DNA from: Candidatus Aenigmatarchaeota archaeon
Lineage (GTDB): Archaea > Aenigmatarchaeota > Aenigmatarchaeia > QMZP01 > QMZT01
Assembly (NCBI GenBank): GCA_026397315.1
Contig: JAPLVC010000002.1
Location: 32,001 to 96,000, forward strand
Length of the DNA: 64,000 nt
Reading direction: 5' to 3'
Part shown: positions 57,790-64,000 of the stretch, in pieces
How the letters are laid out: each line of letters begins with the position of its first letter
How positions within the stretch are numbered: position 1 is the first letter of the stretch
Translations under genes and position numbers: made by a program
The notes under the pieces: generated by a model
The model's input: only the letters and a program-made list of their open reading frames with translations
Told to the model about the DNA's origin: nothing
Database searches by the model: none

Positions 57790-58539
57790 ATGGATACGAA
57801 AATCCTGAACCAGCTGGGCATGGCAGATTCGGAAATAAGGGTCTATTTTGCCCTCCTCAAGCTGGAAACAAGCACGGTAGGCCCTATCATTGGTGAGGCA
57901 AAAGTCCCTGATTCAAAGATATATGCAATCCTCGAAAAACTGAAGGAAAAGGGTCTGGTGAGCTTCGTCATAAAAAACAACGTGAAACATTTCCAGGCGT
58001 CTGACCCTAAAAACCTTCTCAGAATCCTTGATGGCAAAGAACGGGAAATTCTTGAGCAGAAGAAAGAGCTTGAAGATAAAATCATCCCGCAAATAGAACA
58101 AAAGAGAAAGCTCACCGAAGAAAAACAGGAAGCGACAGTTTATGAATATTTCGAAGGTCTGAAATCGGCGTTTAATCTTATTTTGAATGCACTGAATCCT
58201 GGAGAGGAATATCAGGCTTTCATGCTAGGAAAAGCATTGGAAGAGAAGCGGGTGATAAGATTTTTCAGGAATTATCACGCAAAAAGGATTGAAAAAGGAA
58301 TCAAGGTAAGGCTTCTTTCCCAAAACATTTTCAAAGAGGTCATAAACAAATCGCACAAATATCAAGGCATGAAAATAAGGTTTTCGGATCAGAAACTTCC
58401 CGTCGGAGTTTTCATTTTCAGAAATCATGTCATGACCGTGATCTGGGAAGAAAAACCGACCGCTTTTGTCATAAAATCAAGGAAAAACTACGAGTATTAC
58501 AAAGAATTTTTTGAAGATCTTTGGTTAGCATCAAAATAA
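57790..58539 (+). CDS. TrmB family transcriptional regulator
   Basis: LG....E..VY.ALL, SKIY.IL.KL.EKGLVS, F.A.DP, YEYFEGLK motifs. Confidence 0.9.
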   Translation: MDTKILNQLGMADSEIRVYFALLKLETSTVGPIIGEAKVPDSKIYAILEKLKEKGLVSFVIKNNVKHFQASDPKNLLRILDGKEREILEQKKELEDKIIPQIEQKRKLTEEKQEATVYEYFEGLKSAFNLILNALNPGEEYQAFMLGKALEEKRVIRFFRNYHAKRIEKGIKVRLLSQNIFKEVINKSHKYQGMKIRFSDQKLPVGVFIFRNHVMTVIWEEKPTAFVIKSRKNYEYYKEFFEDLWLASK

Positions 58540-58545
58540 CGTTAG

Positions 58546-59118
58546 TTACTTGGCCAATTTCAGGACGACCTGCGCCACGTGCCTTCCGAGGTTTCTCGAC
58601 GTCTCCTGACCTTCCGCGTCCTTGGCCGCGTCTCCATAGCTCGCGCCGCCGAAATGCATGGTTTTCTCGTCTCCCACGACGAGCATGCCCTGTATCAGGA
58701 AGAAGTTATGAATCTGGCGGATGACCAGCTCCTGGCCGCCGTTGCGCGAGCCGCCCGTCGCTAGTGCGCCGCCGACCTTGTCCTTCAGTCGCTCGTTACG
58801 TCTTAGATAACGCGTCCTGTCCATGAACGCCTTGATCTGGGCGGAAACGCAGCCGAAATAGACCGGCGAGCCGATTATGACACCGTCCGCCTGTTCCAGT
58901 TTGTCGGCGACGGCCTGGAAATCGTCGTCTATGGCGCATCGTCCCTCTTTTCTGCAGCGCTCGCAGTCGACGCATGGTGCGATGTCCATCTTGCCTAGGT
59001 GAACCAGTTCCGTCTCAAGGCCGAGCTTTTTGCATTCTGCCAGCGCTAGCGTGACTAGCGTCTTGGTGTTGCGTTCCCTAGGCGAACCTACAAGGCCCAG
59101 AACTTTCATAGAAATCAT
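58546..59118 (-). CDS. Iron-sulfur flavoprotein / NADPH-dependent FMN reductase
   Basis: GSPR..NT, PC.DC..C....C, GSPVYFG, RNGGQE motifs. Confidence 0.9.
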   Translation of the reverse strand: MISMKVLGLVGSPRERNTKTLVTLALAECKKLGLETELVHLGKMDIAPCVDCERCRKEGRCAIDDDFQAVADKLEQADGVIIGSPVYFGCVSAQIKAFMDRTRYLRRNERLKDKVGGALATGGSRNGGQELVIRQIHNFFLIQGMLVVGDEKTMHFGGASYGDAAKDAEGQETSRNLGRHVAQVVLKLAK

Positions 59119-59136
59119 TTGGAACGGATATTAAAA

Positions 59137-60237
59137 TTATTTTTTTACCTTCGAGCCTGAAGTTGTGTATTTCCTCAGACTTTTGACAGAAATCTTGGCG
59201 ACGCTCCTGGCAAATTCGGATGCTTGGTTGCGTTTCTTTTTAGCGGCTTCTTTTTTCACTGTAGGTGCTTCCTTGTCTTCTTTTTTATCTTCCGTTTTCT
59301 CCTTTTCCGCAACCGCTTCCTTGATGTCTTCCGCTTCCTTTTTCACTCCCGTCGCTTCCGCGGGTTCTGCCTTGACGTCATTGCTTTCCGGCTCTGGCAG
59401 GAATTCCATCAGAACCTGCGGTATCTTTTCTATTATGTCCGTCGCCAGCAACGGGCGCTTCTCCTTTGCCGCAAGGTCTCCCGCGTATCCGCTGAGATAC
59501 GCACCTGCGCAGCCTGCCTTGAAAGGTGGAATTTTCTGCGCCATAAGCGCGCCGCATATGCCTGTCAAGACGTCGCCGGTTCCGCCGACCGTCATGAACG
59601 TGTTGCCGGTCTTGTTCATCGCCGTCTCGCGCCCATCTGAAATTATATCGATCGCTCCCTTCAGAAGGATGGTGACGCCTATCTTCCTGGCGTGCTTCCT
59701 GACCAGTTCCGCGCGGCTCATCACATCGTACTTGGGCTTGTCGCCTGTCATGCTAAAGAATTCGTAGGCGTGCGGTGTGAGAAGGAACTTGTCATCAAGC
59801 GTGCCTTTTATCGCCTTTATGGCGTCGGCGTCGATTACACAGGGCTTCTTCACCCTGTCGACAAAGCCGGTGATGAACTTTTGCGTTTCTTTTTCAAGGC
59901 CCATGCCCGTGCCTATGACCACCGCATCGAATCCCTTCGCCAGCTCGAGCGCTTTTTTCAGATGATCGTGCCTGAAAAAATCGCCATCGAAAGGCACTGT
60001 TATAAGGTTCGGGGAATATTTGGCAGCCATGTCAGCCGCTCTCTCAGGAGCCGCGACAGTCACGAGATCGACGCCTGTTCTCAGCGCGGCCATCGCTCCG
60101 TATGCCGCGAGCGCGGGCGAACCGGTGTATATTTTCGAGCCGCCGATGACCAGCAGCTTTCCGAAGTCGCCTTTATGGCTCCATTTGGCGCGTTCCCTGA
60201 AAACTTCATTCAGAATCGAGGCGTCGACTGTAATCAT
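59137..60237 (-). CDS. nnrD: ADP-dependent NAD(P)H-hydrate dehydratase with charged C-terminal tail
   Basis: HKGDFG.LLVIGGS..YTG, DADA, TPH..EF, LKG..D, GGTGDVL motifs. Confidence 0.92.
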   Translation of the reverse strand: MITVDASILNEVFRERAKWSHKGDFGKLLVIGGSKIYTGSPALAAYGAMAALRTGVDLVTVAAPERAADMAAKYSPNLITVPFDGDFFRHDHLKKALELAKGFDAVVIGTGMGLEKETQKFITGFVDRVKKPCVIDADAIKAIKGTLDDKFLLTPHAYEFFSMTGDKPKYDVMSRAELVRKHARKIGVTILLKGAIDIISDGRETAMNKTGNTFMTVGGTGDVLTGICGALMAQKIPPFKAGCAGAYLSGYAGDLAAKEKRPLLATDIIEKIPQVLMEFLPEPESNDVKAEPAEATGVKKEAEDIKEAVAEKEKTEDKKEDKEAPTVKKEAAKKKRNQASEFARSVAKISVKSLRKYTTSGSKVKK

Positions 60238-60323
60238 GCCTATCTCTTGCTTTTCATATTAATAAAAATGATAGAAAAATGCAAAGTATCTTGGCGCGAG
60301 ACTACTTCCTGACTTCCAAGCTT

Positions 60324-60413
60324 TCACACCTTGCCGCCTTTGTGCTGCATCGGATATTTCGTCCGCCTTGACAGACGCTTCGCGTCAAGTTTTTTATTTG
60401 TTTTTTTGCCCAT
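60324..60413 (-). CDS. Small basic peptide (29 aa)
   Basis: MGKKTNKKLDAKRLSRRTKYPMQHKGGKV; GGGAGTGA SD just after the gap stop. Confidence 0.45.
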   Translation of the reverse strand: MGKKTNKKLDAKRLSRRTKYPMQHKGGKV

Positions 60414-60430
60414 GCTTATCACTCCCTCGC

Positions 60431-61483
60431 TTATTTTTTTCCGAACATCTCGGTGACGTCTAGTAGTCGATTCGAATAGCCGCGCTCGTTGTCATACCAG
60501 GACCACACGACTATCTGTTTCCCATCGATTACGTTGGTCAGCGGCTTGTCGATGATGCCGGATTCGCTGCGCCCGATTATGTAGGACGAAACGATTTCCT
60601 TGTCCGTGCATGCCAGAACGCCTTTCAGCGACGAGTTGCATTCTTTATCGATAATTTTGTTCACCTCGTCGCGAGTCGTCGTTTTCCTGACGTCCGCGAT
60701 GAGCCCGACTATCGAGCCGGTCATCGCCCCGGGGACGCGCATCGAGACGGCATCAATCTTGCCCTTCAGTTCGGGAATGATCTTGGCGACGGCCTTCGCG
60801 GCGCCCGTAGAAGTGGGTATTATGTTATTGATGAGAGAGCGCGCCCTGCGTATGTCCTTGTGGCTGCCGTCGAGAATGTTCTGGTCCTCAGTCGGGGCGT
60901 GAACGGTTATGACATAACCCCTTTCTATGCCCCAGTTGTCGTTCACGATTTTGGTCACGGCCGCGATGGCGTTCGTCGTGCACGAGGCGCAGTCGATTAC
61001 AGTCTCGTTTGCTGGTATGTCCTGCCTGACCCCCATAACTATCGACGTAGTCACGTCTTCCTTGCCCGGCGCGGAGATTATGACCTTGCGCGCGCCGGCC
61101 TTTATGTGACCTTCCACTTCTTTGCGCTTCCTGAACGCGCCGGTGGATTCGATGACTATGTCTACCGCGTGCTTCTTCCATGGTAAAGTCGAAAGGTCGC
61201 CGCGGTTGTTGTAAAGATGAATCCTCTGTCCCAGGACATTGACCCATGCGGTGCCGTCGGTTTCTCTCCCGAAAGGCACGCTTTCGAAATGATGGCCGTG
61301 CGTCGAGTCGAATTTCAAAAGTTCAGTGAAGAATTCGACGTTCTTGTCTTCTTCGACTCCTCGCACGCCGTTTATGGCGACTATTTCAATATCCGTTTTA
61401 CCGTGTTTCTTCCTGTCGGCCCAGGACCATATGAAATTCCTGCCAATTCTGCCCGGACCGTTAACCGCGACTTTGATTGCCAT
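60431..61483 (-). CDS. gap: Glyceraldehyde-3-phosphate dehydrogenase, class I (bacterial-type)
   Basis: NGPGRIGR, DSTHG, ESTG.F, ASCTTN, IPTSTGAAKA, WYDNE motifs. Confidence 0.93.
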   Translation of the reverse strand: MAIKVAVNGPGRIGRNFIWSWADRKKHGKTDIEIVAINGVRGVEEDKNVEFFTELLKFDSTHGHHFESVPFGRETDGTAWVNVLGQRIHLYNNRGDLSTLPWKKHAVDIVIESTGAFRKRKEVEGHIKAGARKVIISAPGKEDVTTSIVMGVRQDIPANETVIDCASCTTNAIAAVTKIVNDNWGIERGYVITVHAPTEDQNILDGSHKDIRRARSLINNIIPTSTGAAKAVAKIIPELKGKIDAVSMRVPGAMTGSIVGLIADVRKTTTRDEVNKIIDKECNSSLKGVLACTDKEIVSSYIIGRSESGIIDKPLTNVIDGKQIVVWSWYDNERGYSNRLLDVTEMFGKK

Positions 61484-61493
61484 AACCCACCCC

Positions 61494-62702
61494 TCACTCA
61501 ACCTTCTTTTTAATAGCATGACTGTGTATCTCGTACGAGTGCTTCAGCGCCTCGATACCGGGGAACGAGTCTTTCGTTATGAAGTCCGCGAAAGCGCCGC
61601 CGCCCGTTGAAAGATGTGTCATCTTCTCCACCATGTTCAATCGCTTCATAGCCGATATGCTGTCGCCGCCGCCGACTAACGTTTTAGCGTCAAGCCCTGC
61701 CATGAAGCTAGCGATGTAAAGCGTGCCTTTCTCGTACGGTTTCTTCTCGAAGAAGCCGAGCGGCCCGGTCCAGACGACCGTTTTCGCCGGCCTGAGCACA
61801 TTCTTGTAGTGCACTATCGTCTCTGGTCCGATGTCGAGGATTTTCATGCCTTTCCTGACCTCGGATATCGGCAGGTTCTCGGGCTCGCCGCGTATCTCGA
61901 CCATCACGTCCTGCGGGAGCATTATCTTGTCGCCGCAGCTCTTGAGTATGCCTTCCGCTCGCGTTACGAGCGCCTCGTCGCATTTGGAATCGCCTATCTC
62001 ATATCCGGCAGCCTTGAGAAACGTGTTGCCTATGATGCCGCCCATGAGTATGCGGTCGACCTTCGGCAGCAGGCTCTCGATGCAGAGCATCTTGTCCTCC
62101 TTGGCGCCGCCTATTATGGCGACGTAAGGCCTGTCCGGGTTTTTCACGATGCTGTTTATCATGTTGACTTCCCTCAGAAAGCTCAGGCCGCAGCAGCTGG
62201 GCATGTATTTCGGGATGCCGGTTATGGATGCGTGGCTTCTGTGCGACGCCGCGAACGCCTCGTTGACGTATATGTCGCCGAGCCTCGCGAGCTTTTTGGC
62301 GAATTCGTCGCGTGTCGCTTCGTTCTTCTCGGTTTCCTCGCCGTAGAACCTTATGTTTTCCAGCAGCACGATGTCCCCGGGCTTCATCTTCTTGACGCAC
62401 ATCTCGACGTCGTCGCCCGAGCAGTAGTCCAACTTTTTGACAGGCACGCCGATTATGTCGGACAAACGCTCGGCTACGACGTCCATTTTCAAATGTTCTT
62501 CCCTGCTCTTGGGTCTTCCGAGATGAGAAATGAGAACGATCTTACCGCCATTATTGAGAATATAATATATCGTCTTGAGCGTCGTGCTTATGCGCGTGTG
62601 GTCCGTCACCCTGCCATTCTCGTCGAGCGGCAGGTTGTAATCGACCCTCATGATTACAGTCTTGCCTTCAACGTCCAGGTCCCTTATCGATGGGATTTCC
62701 AT
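61494..62702 (-). CDS. pgk: Phosphoglycerate kinase
   Basis: RVDYNLP, SHLGRP, LLENIRF, HR.HAS, DIGP, GGGD, STGGGA motifs. Confidence 0.96.
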   Translation of the reverse strand: MEIPSIRDLDVEGKTVIMRVDYNLPLDENGRVTDHTRISTTLKTIYYILNNGGKIVLISHLGRPKSREEHLKMDVVAERLSDIIGVPVKKLDYCSGDDVEMCVKKMKPGDIVLLENIRFYGEETEKNEATRDEFAKKLARLGDIYVNEAFAASHRSHASITGIPKYMPSCCGLSFLREVNMINSIVKNPDRPYVAIIGGAKEDKMLCIESLLPKVDRILMGGIIGNTFLKAAGYEIGDSKCDEALVTRAEGILKSCGDKIMLPQDVMVEIRGEPENLPISEVRKGMKILDIGPETIVHYKNVLRPAKTVVWTGPLGFFEKKPYEKGTLYIASFMAGLDAKTLVGGGDSISAMKRLNMVEKMTHLSTGGGAFADFITKDSFPGIEALKHSYEIHSHAIKKKVE

Positions 62703-62814
62703 GCAAAAGCACCGTTCCTAAAAGGTATGATGATGTAATATATCGTATGAAGATTTTTAAGCTTTGCGCCATGACGCATACCCGTCATCGCCGCCGAAGC
62801 GGGATGGATAGTCT

Positions 62815-63564
62815 TTATTGTGATATCTCGACTTTTATGTGTTTCTTTTCAGGCCTGGCCCTCTTTATGTAAATGAACTGCAAATCGCTGGTCACGCCGC
62901 AGTCCTGCAGGCCGGCGCATTTGACCAGCGCTTCTGCTTCACTCTTTTTATACGACGCCATGAATGAATGCTTCAGTTCGCTGTAAACCATGTCCTTTTT
63001 CAGCAGATGGGTTATCGTCTTTACAAAGGGAATCATGGCTCCGAAGGCGTCGCGTCTCAAATCGCCGATGAGAATGACGCCGTTCGCTTTCGTCACGCGC
63101 TCAATTTCGTTCAGTACCTGCACAGGGTTCTCCCAGTGGTGCATGTCGAAGCCGCTCACTACCAGGTCGAACGAGTGATCTGCGAAGGGCAGCGATTCCT
63201 GCTTACCGAGCGCCCATCTTATTTTTTCCTCGACCATGTCTTTCTCTGCGAATTTCTTGCCCGTGTTCATGAACCTGCGGCTGTCCTGGAAGCAGGTTAT
63301 GTCAAAATCAAAATCCTGTTTCGCCAGCGAAATCGCACACAGGCCGAACTGCGTGCCCAAGTCAAGCGCTTTCCCGCTCCTGACTCCGAGGTCCAGCGAG
63401 GAAAATACGAGGTTTTCGTAGAAATGGCTGAGCTTCTCGCTAGCGACTCTGGCGTAGTCGTCTGCGTTGTCCACCCTGAGAGCGATGTCTACAAGCCTGT
63501 CCTTTGTCGTGTCGAGTATTATCCTTTCGGCTTCTTTACTTAATGCCAAGCTTTTTTCTCGCAT
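62815..63564 (-). CDS. Class I SAM-dependent methyltransferase
   Basis: LDLGT..G, LPF.D.SFDLVVS, HHW..P, EI.RV.K..G motifs. Confidence 0.8.
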   Translation of the reverse strand: MREKSLALSKEAERIILDTTKDRLVDIALRVDNADDYARVASEKLSHFYENLVFSSLDLGVRSGKALDLGTQFGLCAISLAKQDFDFDITCFQDSRRFMNTGKKFAEKDMVEEKIRWALGKQESLPFADHSFDLVVSGFDMHHWENPVQVLNEIERVTKANGVILIGDLRRDAFGAMIPFVKTITHLLKKDMVYSELKHSFMASYKKSEAEALVKCAGLQDCGVTSDLQFIYIKRARPEKKHIKVEISQ

Positions 63565-63892
63565 CTTGCGTCATCCTTTCGGGCGTCCACGGCGGATCGA
63601 AAACTAATTCGACGTTGACTTTCACGTCTCCGAAAGCCATCTTTAGCGCGGATTCGACTTCGTGAGTGAACATGGAATGCATCGGGCAGCCGGGATTCGT
63701 GAGCGTCATGCGCACATGCACGTCTTTCCCCTTTACGTCGACGCCGTAGATGAAGCCCAGGTCGACTATGTCCATCCCTATCTCGGGATCTATGACGTTT
63801 TTCAGGACTTTAAGCACGCTTTCTTTCGTGATGGCGGAAGCGTTTTTCTTTGCCGCAGGACTCTTAGAAACCTTTTCCGCAGCTTTCTTCAT
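63536..63892 (-). CDS. DUF59/SufT (MIP18) Fe-S cluster assembly protein
   Basis: VIDPE.GMDIVDLG.IY, MTLT.PGCP, VFDPPW motifs. Confidence 0.93.
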   Translation of the reverse strand: MKKAAEKVSKSPAAKKNASAITKESVLKVLKNVIDPEIGMDIVDLGFIYGVDVKGKDVHVRMTLTNPGCPMHSMFTHEVESALKMAFGDVKVNVELVFDPPWTPERMTQDARKKLGIK

Positions 63893-64000
63893 GACAACAC
63901 CCCAAAACGTGTTATCTTAAATCTTTGTGCCGCGACTTTTTATATTTGCGGAAAGGTTCGCTTTCCGAACATTCGCTAGCGTCGTCCGCGGAAGCGATTC

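Noticed and set aside
63868-63880. AAACCTTTTCCGC resembling the tRNA-Pro intron start
   Set aside because: Short match inside coding sequence, compatible with chance

Overview
Chromosomal segment of an archaeon, most likely a DPANN lineage (Aenigmatarchaeota/Micrarchaeota-like). This is an inference from archaeal MCM, PolB, Rpo10, fibrillarin, Nop5, a three-unit epsilon2-type tRNA splicing endonuclease and Cys-rich surface proteins. The window is gene dense (about 70 CDS). I found no rRNA, CRISPR array or transposase. Housekeeping and metabolic content: Thr catabolism (tdh/kbl), IOR, split transketolase, PGK plus class I GAPDH, DNA gyrase next to polB, IleRS, and an apparently complete and partly duplicated polyamine pathway. 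The most striking signal is in the tRNAs. Four of the five tRNA genes are interrupted (5 introns, 3 at non-canonical D-loop or T-loop sites, tRNA-Pro doubly interrupted). The tRNA-Val D-loop intron and the tRNA-Pro T-loop intron, 22 kb apart, share a near-identical ~38-nt palindromic core with site-specific BHB-forming tails, and weaker echoes of the scaffold occur in intergenic DNA. This suggests a mobile mini-element that becomes a spliceable intron in a host with a broad-specificity EndA. Other candidates: a stand-alone LAGLIDADG gene whose stop codon lies inside tRNA-Ser, a promoter-flanked tRNA-like small RNA, a possible leader peptide before speD, a CTG-start gene, and an internally deleted radical SAM remnant. 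All protein calls come from motif recognition by eye; no database search was run.
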